A stretch of 64,000 bases of DNA. Origin: Asterias rubens (taxonomy: Eukaryota). The stretch's first letter is position 1. Every line of letters begins with the position of its first letter. Where the stretch lies: the NCBI RefSeq assembly GCF_902459465.1, contig NC_047065.1, positions 7,750,001 through 7,814,000 of the forward strand, written 5' to 3'. The notes beneath the pieces are model-generated. The model worked only from the letters and a program-made list of their open reading frames with translations, was not told the DNA's origin and made no database searches. The position numbers and the translations under genes were made by a program. This document shows positions 1 through 10,664 of the stretch, one piece after another.

Positions 1-283
1 TTTTGGCTGAAGTCAGACTTTTTATGTCGGCCTAGTGAAGAAAAGCTACAAAATATTTTTGTCCACACTTAAAGAAATCCTGCTCTTTGGTCTACTTCTC
101 CAGTGCTTTGGATACTGTTTCCAAAAGTTCCTTGGAATCTATAAACCCAGGGGTTACCAAACGGTAGAATGGCCATCATTTCAATATACCTTTGAATTTG
201 TATCCAAGTTTCAGACTCTTTTGGTAGTAATTACTCTCGCCCCTGGTAATTGATGGTTTTGGTTGCGTCTTTTTGCATCGCAG

Positions 284-349
284 GTAGTTTTTACGGTCTA
301 TCCATAGGTCATATTGACACACATAGTGTTGCTGCCATTCTACCAACAG
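284..349 (+). CDS. RPP40: RPP40 internal coding exon (GSFYGLSIGHIDTHSVAAILPTG)
   Basis: ttttgcatcgcag acceptor and gtgagt donor; 66 nt, phase 1/1; peptide resembles human RPP40 GSCYALTYNTHIDEDNTVALLPNG (recalled); phase fits the next exon. Confidence 0.85.
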
Positions 350-371
350 GTGAGTCAAGCAATAGAACAGC

Positions 372-575
372 GCACGTATTACGTCACTGTTGTTAAATAC
401 CCAGCTGTCAGACAAACATGCCACACCACATACGCGATTACTGCGTCATCGACGCGTCATCTGCACTAGTAGTGCACTTAGTTGCGGGTAAACACAATTT
501 GTACTTTACGCGCACATTAGTGAAATTTTACACTTTTGTCTGAGATCTGGGTACGTACATGTAGCTTCTGTTATT
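372..575. repeat. Dispersed repeat, copy 1 (second copy ~3180-3375)
   Basis: Shared blocks ttaaatacccagctgtcagacaaac, ctgcactagtag, cattagtgaaattttac, ctgagatc.gggtac. Confidence 0.65.
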
Positions 576-764
576 AGCATTTAATAGTGCAGAATGCTAT
601 TAACATAAAAATTCTATTATTATGGGCTCTTTGTGACTTGGAAACTTATGCAATATCTTTCCACTTCTTACAACTCTTAGTTTGACGTGGAAGGAAACCA
701 ATCAGTATGTTGTATACTGTTGTCTGAATCCCACTGTATCAGATAGAAAAGATTAGGAGATAAT

Positions 765-943
765 AGACCTTATGCAGTATGCACATGATGTCATTTGAGT
801 AAGGCGCCCTCACTTAGAGGTCAAAGGAAGGTGGCTCATTGGCCACCTCTTGTGCGCTGTGCTTACAAATATGTGCGTTGCGATGTTACGTAGTGTTTTA
901 CCTCTAAGATGGCGGCTTCATGACGTCAATGCATTTAAGGTCT
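765..943. mobile_element. AT-flanked MITE (TIR AGACCTTA..GCA) carrying CRE and YY1-like motifs
   Basis: AT|AGACCTTATGCA...TGCATTTAAGGTCT|AT; inverted homologue at 55644-55794. Confidence 0.7.
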
Positions 944-1567
944 ATACAGACTGTTGCCATATGGGTTAGACCTACAGTGGCATTTAACTGGTTTGTTATT
1001 TACATTTTTTTCATATGTTTCACTAGTTTTTTCCTAAACCCCTTTTGTCTGGTTTATGTGAAATTTTGTCTGTTTGTTTGTTTGTTTGTTTGCTTAGATG
1101 ATCTTCCTGTCAAGAAAGTTGGGCAAACTCCCACAAGGGCCAGGGATAAAGATGTAAAGGCCAAGCCGGCAATAGCCAAATGTTGGTTTAACATCTATGA
1201 TAACTAATTGCACAAATCAAGAAATTATGATTCAGTAACTAGACGACAATATTTATTCAAGTCAATGTGAAATGAACGATTAGCTCGGGGGATTCCAACT
1301 CATAACATTGTAATTGCAAGTCCTGCAGTCTAACCACTGTACCACTGATGCCTTGTTTTACATGATGATTTGCATTTATAATCACATTTCATGTTCACAA
1401 TGACCACATTGCAAAAGAATTTGTACACTTTCTTCAGCTGTTCTTGCCATGTTGTAATCAATCCTTTACATATCAAACAAAATATTCATTGCCTCATTCA
1501 CTTCTAAGCCATTCTCCATTTTACTGTTGATTAAAAAAAAACATTTCTAATTTTGTTCAACTCTCAG

Positions 1568-1666
1568 GTAAATTGATTCTATCGGTCAGCAAAGATTTAT
1601 ACGAGGAGTTGGGCTTGGAAGGAAAGCCTTGCCAATTTGAAAAACCGAGGAAAGTGACGAAATACA
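1568..1666 (+). CDS. RPP40: RPP40 internal coding exon (KLILSVSKDLYEELGLEGKPCQFEKPRKVTKY)
   Basis: ctctcag / gtaagt; 99 nt, phase 1/1; matches RPP40 motif KLILSLDKDTYEETGLQG. Confidence 0.9.
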
Positions 1667-1850
1667 GTAAGTCAAACTTGATAATTTAGAGAATAAGTAT
1701 GAAAAGCTGTTTATTTTGAAATGAAGGTGCAAGATTGGTCTATGAAATGTACTCTGCTATTATGCACTGTCCTAGGGTAAGATAAATAAGCCAAATGCTC
1801 GATCGAGGTCCACTTGCCAACCTATGATACAATACAATTCATGGGAAAGG

Positions 1851-2231
1851 TTAAAGGAACACGTTGCCTTGGACGAGTTGGTCTTTGAAAAGCATTTGTA
1901 ACTGTTTTTTTTATAAAATGCATATGGGTAGAAAGATGTTGTAAAAGTAGGATACAATGATCCACACAAACATGCCTCGAAAATGCACGGTTTACCTCGT
2001 CAACCAACACGGTTGGCCATTTATGGGAGTCAAATTTTTGACTCCCATATAAATGGCCGACATTGATAGTTCGCACAGTAAAAGGAAAACCACGCAATTT
2101 CGAGGCAAACTTGTGTGGATAATGGTATTCTACTTTTAAAACATCTTTCCAACCATATGCATTTTATAAAAAACGGTTACAAATGCTTTTTATAGACCAA
2201 CTCGCCTGATCCAAGGCAACGTGTTCCTTGA
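1851..2231. mobile_element. TTAA-flanked Kolobok-type MITE, family B
   Basis: TIR AGGAACACGTTGCCTTGGA at both ends; second copy 53314-53666. Confidence 0.8.
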
Positions 2232-2598
2232 AATTTTACAGTAAATGCAATAGTTTGAGATCCGACTCGCTTCGCTTTTGAATTGGTTAACCTTTAATCG
2301 CTTTTTATTTAAGATTCTATAACCAACTTTATTTACAGTCAATTTCTTGTAACCCCCTGGTATTTAGTATTATTTTATGCTGATGAGATTTTTATAAACT
2401 TGATTTATATTTTATGAGATTTCATGTATTGTTTGACCATTTGCTGGGAAAGTTACTATGAACCAGTCTTCTAATGCTGTTTGGGTATGAACTACTCAGG
2501 TATCTTTATGTCTGAATTTCAGGAAAATATTTATGCCATTGAGGCATATTTTCTATACTTCTGACAATTTCTGATCTTTTCTAAAAATTTGTTTGCAG

Positions 2599-2724
2599 AT
2601 GTTGAAATTAACTTAACTGCAGAGAGCTTTTGTAAAGGCAAGAAACACTATGAAAGGGTACAGTGGTGTCTGAAAGAGAGGCTGGATATGACCTTCGACA
2701 TCTTGTTGGCATGGCAACCTAATG
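2599..2724 (+). CDS. RPP40: RPP40 internal coding exon (NVEINLTAESFCKGKKHYERVQWCLKERLDMTFDILLAWQPN)
   Basis: gtttgcag / gtaact; 126 nt, phase 1/1; matches RPP40 KKYERISWSFKE..FDFLLAW. Confidence 0.9.
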
Positions 2725-3179
2725 GTAACTGCTTTTTCTAAAATTTCTCATATACTTTTGCAAAGCACAAAATCTTTGGCTTGAGCTGAGTGCAAGCACA
2801 TTCCTTATTTTTTTGGGCCGTGCTAGACCACAGTTTTTCTGTCTATACTATAATATCTAAGGGAGTAGGATTTGATACTTTGCATGGTGGAAATACGATA
2901 TAGAAAGGTTAGCGGTAACACCATGTAATGACTATCTCTAATGAGTTGGGGTGGTTCTGAAAAGAACTGTTGGTTTTCAACTCTTTAATATCTAAGTAGA
3001 AAAACAATTCCGAGCTTAAAGTCAAAAGATTCCGCATTTCATGATAACGGACACAAACATGCAGAGAGTGGGACACAGTGAAAGCAGAAACAATACCTCA
3101 TTACCGTTGCTTCAAGGGACTGGGTATAAGGATTGTCCTCCCATTGCATTGGTCAGCACAACTGAGCATTACAGAATAG

Positions 3180-3375
3180 CGCCTCACACTTTTGCTTTAA
3201 ATACCCGGCTATCAGACAAACGCGCAATCACTGCTTCATCAACCTGCCAAACTGCACTAGTAGTTAAGTTTAATAGTTGCGACTAAACATACAATTTGGA
3301 TACAAATCGGTGCATTAGTGAAATTTTACTCTTGTATCTGAGATCAGGGTACTTTGCTTCTATTTTTAGCATTTT
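3180..3375. repeat. Dispersed repeat, copy 2 (homologous to 372-575)
   Basis: Same shared blocks as copy 1, same orientation. Confidence 0.65.
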
Positions 3376-3703
3376 TGCAATTGCTATTGTAATGATTACA
3401 GTCATTTATTGGTCAGTCCTACCTTTAGTTTTCAGGCAATATTCTGTTAAAAACTATAGATATGAATGTGTTGTCACAGGCCACAAGTAGACTTTTTTCC
3501 TATTACATGCTCACCCACCTGCATTGTTCAGCCCACTAAAACATTTCATAAACCCCTTTTTGTCAAACAGTTTTTCCATTTGAATTCTGTTGAAACCTTG
3601 CATTAAAGAAAGTTGTCTTGAAGGTCAGCCAATTTGACACACACACATAGCACCAAGCAAACCCTGCTAAATGTTCTAGAAAATGTTTTACTTTTTCTTT
3701 CAG

Positions 3704-3974
3704 ACACTACGAAAAGTCTGGATCCACTCAGTACATTTTGGAACAATAAGTATGAATGTCATCAAGTTGAACAGAAGCAGCACAGACTCATCATGAGGGA
3801 CCTGACTATCCCAGTGATTGACAGCTCCATGTTCACAACCAGCCCATCCAAATCAAGCAAGGAACATCTGACAACAAATGGGAGTGGTCAGAGAGATGAA
3901 GATTGCCAAATAAGGTCATGTGAGGCCTCAGAAGTTTATGAATGGCTTGGAGCTATTGCCTGTGAATGTAAATG
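3704..3974 (+). CDS. RPP40: RPP40 internal coding exon (DTTKSLDP...RDLTIPVIDSS...SCEASEVYEWLGAIACEC)
   Basis: ctttttctttcag / gtaagt; 271 nt, phase 1/2; matches RPP40 LRDLQCPVL..SCRALELFDWLGAV; overlaps ORF 3634-3978. Confidence 0.9.
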
Positions 3975-3996
3975 GTAAGTGTTTACTTTTGAGTAC

Positions 3997-4200
3997 AGAC
4001 GATGTGACCTATGTTTACATTCAAACCGCCCTCTGTTGACAAAACACTGTATACGCCATGTTTCGCCGGGCAAAAAGACGCGCAGTCATGGTAAGATTGC
4101 ATACACTTTCTAGCTGGCTGCCAAAACATGAAGGTTTTGCCCGGCAATATGCGCGTGAATCATGTTTGGTTTTCGAGTGACGTTAGAGGTCACATCGTCT
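3997..4200. mobile_element. 204-bp MITE-like element with 14-bp TIR AGACGATGTGACCT
   Basis: Perfect terminal inverted repeat; TSD unclear; single copy in window. Confidence 0.6.
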
Positions 4201-4314
4201 ACACATGCAGTCACATCAAATGAAGGAGTACCTCACCCCTAAGAAACCATATTGGCATCAGGACTCTTGTAATAAAATGGCGCAAACTGCTGCCAAGTTT
4301 AAGATAATAGTAGT

Positions 4315-4797
4315 GACTTCTTAAATAGCATGCATATCCGTCACTCAGTGATGCTCAAGGCGCTTTAACATTCAGTATTTCCTGCCAGGGATGAGGAACT
4401 ATGTTTGAATTATGAGACCTACTCCTTTTACATAGCACCATGTGAAGGTTTACAGGGTGCTGTGGTGCAATATGCTGCCAATTAAAACCAGGAACACCTT
4501 GTCAAATCCCATCTCATTTCGGTAAGCGCACTTACCCTTGGGGTGTACGTCCCATCCGAAGGATGAAACATCATTGTGTGTTATGATTGTGTGTTATTAA
4601 TATTCCCTGTATTGCATGTATGCATAACGAATTTCCTCCATGGTAGGACCAATAAAAATTGAATTGAATTGAATTGAATCATGTTTAAGTGTCTTGCTTA
4701 AGGACACAGGTGTCACAGACTCAAACCCATGCTCTGCTGATCAGAAACATCAGAGTTTTAATCCAGTGCTCTTAACCGCTAGGCCATGACACGCCAC
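4315..4797 (-). mobile_element. tRNA-derived SINE with L2-like tail, interrupted by a (TTGAA)n-tailed fragment
   Basis: A box TGGCCTAGCGG, B-box-like GGTTTGAGTC, gtgtccttaagcaagacactt block and aagcgccttgag..ggatatgc tail shared with 35838-36172. Confidence 0.7.
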
Positions 4798-5059
4798 ATT
4801 CTTTGTCAAGGCAAGGGCTTGGTGTGATTATGACAAATAGTCCCTCTTTCATGTATAAACCCTTATTCTCGAAACAAGAAAAAATGTTTGTGATTTGTCC
4901 TTATTTCCAGTCACTTTTCACTAAGACCTTAATTCTACTTCGACTCATTCGAAGCCTGTGTTGGAAATATTGAAACTTGTAAATCTGATTCAGATTATTC
5001 AATTTTGGTATTTTACCCATATACACTGATGTGTGTTAAAACTGTATACTATCCCGAGT

Positions 5060-5215
5060 TCTGTGAAAAAAATCACAGGCATATTACTCAGGTGGGATTC
5101 AAACCCATTGCCTTTTTCAATTCTACACTCTACAGCAGTGTCATACCAACTAGACCACTGCTTTTGCCCGGTAGCGCGAGGCAGTTCAAATCCCGTTTTA
5201 GCAGCGAGTATTGAC
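5060..5215 (-). mobile_element. tRNA-related repeat fragment (homologue on + at ~24660-24760)
   Basis: gtggtctagttgg ... gggtttgaatcccacctgagtaatatgcctgtg shared between the two loci. Confidence 0.55.
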
Positions 5216-5896
5216 TCAGATTGTTACTGACGCTACTAGATTCGCAAACAACTCTTATTGTTGATTTGATTCTCAACAAGTGCTTTACCTACTCTGGTGC
5301 AGTTCTGACCATGATTTCATTTTTACTTGTGCCACATTTAAAACTAAGATCTCATCAAGCTTTTTGAATGATGCCTCTGGACAATTTGACTGATCCTAGC
5401 ATCCATTTCATTCGCACCAGAGAGATTTGGAGCAAATCTAGGTTGACCCAAATAAATTTTAGTTTCAAAACATTTACAAAGGTTTGGCTTATGATAAGAT
5501 TGGCGTCTGAAACCAAGATGCTCGAGAGTCGCTCTGAACGACTGCACCAGGCAATCTTCTTACTTCCATTGCGCTTAGCAGTCCTAACTGTTTTGAAACG
5601 TCAAACTTTTATGTACTCAATTCAGAATTTGGTTCGACGCTGCTCTGGAGGGCCTATCTGAAATGGGTATAACATTGCCTGGAAAAAATGGCACTTTCTG
5701 TTTAAAAGTGAAGACGACCCAAAATGTTAGAGAGATTTTTCAAGCTGAGAACTGCTTGAGAGGATGCATTTGAAAACTCTTCTCATCTATTTTGTTTATG
5801 TCTGAGCAAATTATCAAGTTTTGAGTTTTGTCAGGAAGTGCCTGGTTTGGGAATTAGGTGCACAAAAACTTTAACTTCTTTAATTGTGTTATTCAG

Positions 5897-6031
5897 TTCA
5901 GATTCTTGCGATGGTTTTGTGTCAAACTACGTGTGTCCTACCCCATCTCAGAAAGTGGCTGGTGCTCTTTGTCAAAGATGGACTGGTTTCATTACACCAG
6001 ATACAATACTCAATATGCTGGATGCACTCAG
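5897..6031 (+). CDS. RPP40: RPP40 internal coding exon (CSDSCDGFVSNYVCPTPSQKVAGALCQRWTGFITPDTILNMLDALR)
   Basis: attcag acceptor at 5891-5896 (the tandem ttcag 5 nt downstream would create a TGA); donor gtgagt at 6032; 135 nt, phase 2/2; matches RPP40 FISTYCCPEPS..TGFILPEKI. Confidence 0.88.
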
Positions 6032-7415
6032 GTGAGTTCTTTCATTACATCAGATACAATACTCAATATGACGGATGCACTCAGGTGAGTTCTAGTGCGT
6101 TCATTCATTACATCAGAAACAATACTCAAAATGCCGGATGCACTAAGTTGAGTTCTAGTGAGTTCTTTCATTACATCATCTACAATACTCAAAATGCTGG
6201 ATGCACTCAGGTAAGTTCTAGTGAGTTCTTTCATTACATTAGATACAATACTCAATATGCGGGATGCACTCAGGTGAGTTCTAGTGAGTTCTTTCATTAC
6301 ATCAGATACAATACTCAAAATGCTGGATGCACTCGGGTAAGTTCTAGTGAGTTCTTTCATTACATTAGATACAATACTCAATATGCTGGATGCACTCAGG
6401 TGAGTTCTAGTGAGTTCTTTCATTACATCAGATACAATACTCAATATGCTGGATGCACTCAGGTGAGTTCTAGTGAGTTCTTTCATTACATCAGATACAA
6501 TACTCAATATGCTGGATGCACTCAGGTGGGTTCTAGTGAGTTCTTTCATTACATTAGATACAATATTCAATATGCTGTTTGCACTCAGGTGAGTTCTAGT
6601 GAGTTATTTCATTACACCAGATACAATACTCAATATGCGGGATGCACTCAGGTAAGTTCTAGTGAGTTCTTTCATTACATCAGATACAATACTCAATATG
6701 CTGGATGCACTCAGGTGAGTTCTAGTGAGTTCTTTCATTACATCAGATACAATACTCAATATGCTGGATGCACTCAGGTGGGTTCTAGTGAGTTCTTTCA
6801 TTACATTAGATACAATATTCAATATGCTGTTTGCACTCAGTTGAGTTCTAGTGAGTTATTTCATTACACCAGATACAATACTCAATATGCTGGATGCACT
6901 CAGGTGAGTTCTAGTGAGTTCCTCCTTTACATTAGATACAATACTCAATATAAACGATGCAATGGGTCATCAAAGTTGTGAGAGAATAATGTGAGAACAC
7001 ATGATGCTTTAGATGCATTAGATACAATATTCAATATGCTGTTTGCACTCAGGTGAGTTCTAGTGAGTTATTTCATTACACCAGATACAATACTCAATAT
7101 GCGGGATGCACTCAGGTAAGTTCTAGTGAGTTCTTTCATTACATCAGATACAATACTCAATATGCTGGATGCACTCAGGTGAGTTCTAGTGAGTTCTTTC
7201 ATTACATCAGATACAATACTCAATATGCTGGATGCACTCAGGTGGGTTCTAGTGAGTTCTTTCATTACATTAGATACAATATTCAATATGCTGTTTGCAC
7301 TCAGTTGAGTTCTAGTGAGTTATTTCATTACACCAGATACAATACTCAATATGCTGGATGCACTCAGGTGAGTTCTAGTGAGTTCCTCCTTTACATTAGA
7401 TACAATACTCAATAT
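5987..7415 (+). repeat. 54-bp minisatellite, about 25 units, derived from the RPP40 exon 3' end plus donor site
   Basis: Unit tttcattacatcagatacaatactcaatatgctggatgcactcag-gtgagttctagtgagttc; interrupted at ~6953-7015; source of the spurious 365-aa and 180-aa ORFs. Confidence 0.95.
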
Positions 7416-7424
7416 AAACGATGC

Positions 7425-7675
7425 AATGGGTCATCAAAGTTGTGAGAGAATAATGTGAGAACACATGATGCTTTCAGATGCTTGAATTTGAGACCGCACA
7501 ACCTCGTAATCAAATTCCTGAACAATTACTTCTTTCTCGAAAGCTACATTACTTCCGAGGGAGCCGTTTCTAACAGTGTTTTATACTATCAATAGCTCTC
7601 CATTACTTGTTACCAAGTAAGTTTTTATGTTAAACATGATTTTGAGTAATTACCAATAGTGTCCACTGACTTTAA
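7425..7675 (+). mobile_element. Kolobok-type MITE family A, 5'-truncated
   Basis: Ends ttaccaatagtgtccactgact|TTAA. Confidence 0.8.
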
Positions 7676-8050
7676 ACTCAGACAATAGGATGGGATGGGC
7701 CTACACCATGCCACATCTCGTGCACCAAATGTCTTTTCTTTCGTTGTCTTGTTCTATGTTCCAACTTTCTGATAACAATTCATTACATTGATTATTACCA
7801 GAACAATGTTGAGTTCTTTGCCCAGCCTCAAGAATTTGTCACATCTATAGTTGGGTCATGTGGATGGGGAAAGGTACACTACGCCTATTTGAGGAGCAGA
7901 AAATCTTATATCACATTTAAACACATAAAATATGGCCGTCCGGGTATTACAGAAATAATATTGATAAAAAACGTAAATTTATTGATTTGGTTTTCAGATT
8001 TTATAGCCAATTTAAAATGGTGCATCGAATGGCTTGCGTTTGGGCAATCA

Positions 8051-8444
8051 TTAAAGACAGTGGACACTATTGGTAATTGTCAAAGACCAGTCTTCTCACT
8101 TGGTGTATCTCAACATAAGCATAAAATAACAAACCTGTGAACAATTGAGCTCAATTGGTCATCGAAGTTGCGAGATAATAATGAAAGAAAAAACACACTT
8201 GTGTGAAGTGTGTGACAAGTTGTGTACTTTCAGATGCTTGATTTCGAGACCTCAAATTCTAAACTTGAGGTCTCGAAATCAAATTTGTGGAAAATTACTT
8301 CTTTCTCCAAAACTACTTTATTTCAGAGGGAACCGTTTCTCAAAATGTTTTATACTACCAACGTCTCCCCGTTACTCGTTACCAAGTAAGGTTTTATGCT
8401 AATAATTATTTTGAATAATTACCAATAGTGTCCACTGACTTTAA
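8051..8444 (+). mobile_element. Kolobok-type MITE family A, full length
   Basis: TTAA|AGACAGTGGACACTATTGGTAATT ... AATTACCAATAGTGTCCACTGACT|TTAA; TTAA TSD with AG termini. Confidence 0.9.
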
Positions 8445-8479
8445 ACTCTTGTTTCTATTTTCTCTGTATTTCTCTACAG

Positions 8480-8675
8480 GATTGAGATAGAAAGGGGTTT
8501 CATGCCATGGGCTTCTCTCACTGTACACGGCTTTCAAGATTCTCCCGTTTCGTGGTCAACCAAAGAGCATGGTTTCCATAAGTTTGGAGACAACTTGTAT
8601 ACATTTTTCATCTTTCCCAATGAGCAGAGATATTGGTTACTCATGAATATTGGAGGTCATGATATCTGTCCTTAA
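8480..8675 (+). CDS. RPP40: RPP40 terminal coding exon (RIEIERGFMPWASLTVHGFQDSPVSWSTKEHGFHKFGDNLYTFFIFPNEQRYWLLMNIGGHDICP*)
   Basis: tttctctacag acceptor; diagnostic RPP40 C-terminus W..L.V.GF.DSPVSW...EHGF; TAA at 8673-8675; absent from the ORF track. Confidence 0.93.
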
Positions 8676-8778
8676 CACAGAAGGGTTTTCACTTCTATGC
8701 ATTTTTTATCGGTGAGTTATTAGTTTGAAAATACTAGTATATTTTATAAATTCACAGCACTTGATAAATCAAATATAC

Positions 8779-9180
8779 TCAAAGACAGTGGACACTATTG
8801 GTAATTGTCAAAGACTAGCCTTCACAGTTTGTGTATCTCAACATATGCATAAAATAACAAACCTGTGAAAATTTGAGCTCAATCGGTCTTCGAATTTGTG
8901 AGATAATAATGAAAGATAAAAACACCCTTGTCACACGAAGGTGTGTGCTTTCTGATGCTTGATTTCGAGACCTCAAATTCTAAACTTGAGGTCTCGAAAT
9001 CAAATTCGTGGAAAATTACTTCTTTCTCGAAAACTACTCAATTCCAGAGGGAGCTGTTTCTCACAATGTTTTAAACTATCAACCTCTCCCTGTTTTATAC
9101 TATCAACCTCGCAAAATCAAGAACGGTTTTATGATAATTTTTTTTTTTTAGTAATTACCAACAGTGTCCACTGCCTTTAA
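8779..9180 (+). mobile_element. Kolobok-type MITE family A, about 100 nt after the RPP40 stop
   Basis: Same TIRs and body as 8051-8444. Confidence 0.9.
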
Positions 9181-9756
9181 AACATTTCTCGATTTCCCTC
9201 GGTTATCTTGAAACCAAACGGTAAGTCTCATCAAAGTTGTCATGGGCCGAATTTGAGGGGGGGGGGGGGCGACCCACAAGATCAAGGTCTATGTCCACAG
9301 CATTGATATGTTGAACTTCATCAGACAACGCCCTCATTTGACCTTATCATTTTGTATCTTGATCTGTGAATACATGTTCTGCACACTTTCGGCAAGCCAA
9401 GTGTTTTGTATAATGATGTGCCCATTTGACTGCTGGTGCTGCACATTACTAGGAGTTGCTTATTACTAAGGAGTTGACATGGTTGCTAAATGCCTGATTA
9501 ACATGAGTATCAAAGTTGCTTTGAGAGGCATACATGTCCTTGACTTGAAAAGGTGCATGTAAAATACAAAGAACTTTTAATCTTAAATTGTCCATTTGTG
9601 TGTAAGTTTATTCCTGTTGATATGATGCAGCCCTTAACATGCTACATATACTCAAGGTTTTCTCACTTGTTTAAAATCTTCACTAAAAGATGCTGAACAG
9701 GCTTCAACAAGTAGCAAAATAGATGTACACGTAAATGTAGAGCATGCTTTATTTTG

Positions 9757-10348
9757 TTAAAGGCAGTGGACACTATTGGTAGTTACTCAATGTAATTATT
9801 AGCATAAAACCTCACTTGGTAACGAGTAATGGGGAGAGGTTGATAGTATAAAACATTGTGAGAAACGGCTCACTCTGAAGTGACATAGTTTTCGAGAAAG
9901 AAGTAATTTTCTAAGAATTTGATTTTGAAACCTCAGATTTAGAATTTGAGGTCACGAAATCAAGCATCTGAAAGCACACAACTTCGTGTGACAAGGGTGT
10001 TTTGTCTTTCAATCCAAGAATTTGATTTTGAAACCTCAGATTTAGAATTTGAGGTCACGAAATCAAGCATCTGAAAGCACACAACTTCGTGTGACAAGGG
10101 TGTTTTTTCTTTCAATCCAAGAATTTGATTTTGAAACCTCAGATTTAGAATTTGAGGTCACGAAATCAAGCATCTGAAAGCACACAACTTCGTGTGACAA
10201 GGGTGTTTTTTCTTTCATTATTATCTCGCAACTTCGACAACCAATTGAGCTCAAGTTGACACAGGTTTGTTATTTTATGCATATGTTAAGATACACCAAG
10301 TGAGAAGACTGGTCTTTGACTATTACCAATAGTGTCTACTGTCTTTAA
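9757..10348 (-). mobile_element. Kolobok-type MITE family A, reverse, with internal 3x103-bp amplification
   Basis: TIRs with TTAA at both ends; internal unit starts at 9913, 10016 and 10119. Confidence 0.9.
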
Positions 10349-10517
10349 ACATAAAGAAAAAATAACAACATTATTTTGTATTTAATCTTGGAAGATAATG
10401 TCTACTGATTACTTGAATACAATGATAAATCCTACAAGTCATCTGTCACTGTACACAAACAACATAGCAGTTTGTTTGCTAACAATTATTTTTTTAGCAA
10501 TTACCAATAGTGTCCAG

Positions 10518-10664
10518 GGGTCGATTTCACAAAGAGTTAGGACTAGTCCTAACTTAGGACTAGTCCTAGGATATATACAAATTACATGGATAGGCCTAAG
10601 TTAGGACGAGTAACTGGTCCTAACTCGAGATAAGACTAGTCCTAACTCTTTGTGAAATCCACCC
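10518..10664. mobile_element. Harbinger-type hairpin MITE (147 bp), CAG TSD, inserted in a family A terminus
   Basis: CAG|GGGTCGATTTCACAAAGAGTTAGGACTAGTC...GACTAGTCCTAACTCTTTGTGAAATCCACCC|CAG; degenerate copy ~19600-19730. Confidence 0.85.

Noticed and set aside
5884-6981. 365-aa ORF of 18-aa repeats (and the antisense 180-aa ORF)
   Set aside because: By-product of the 54-bp array; out of frame with RPP40; starts at a non-ATG codon; no recognisable domain.
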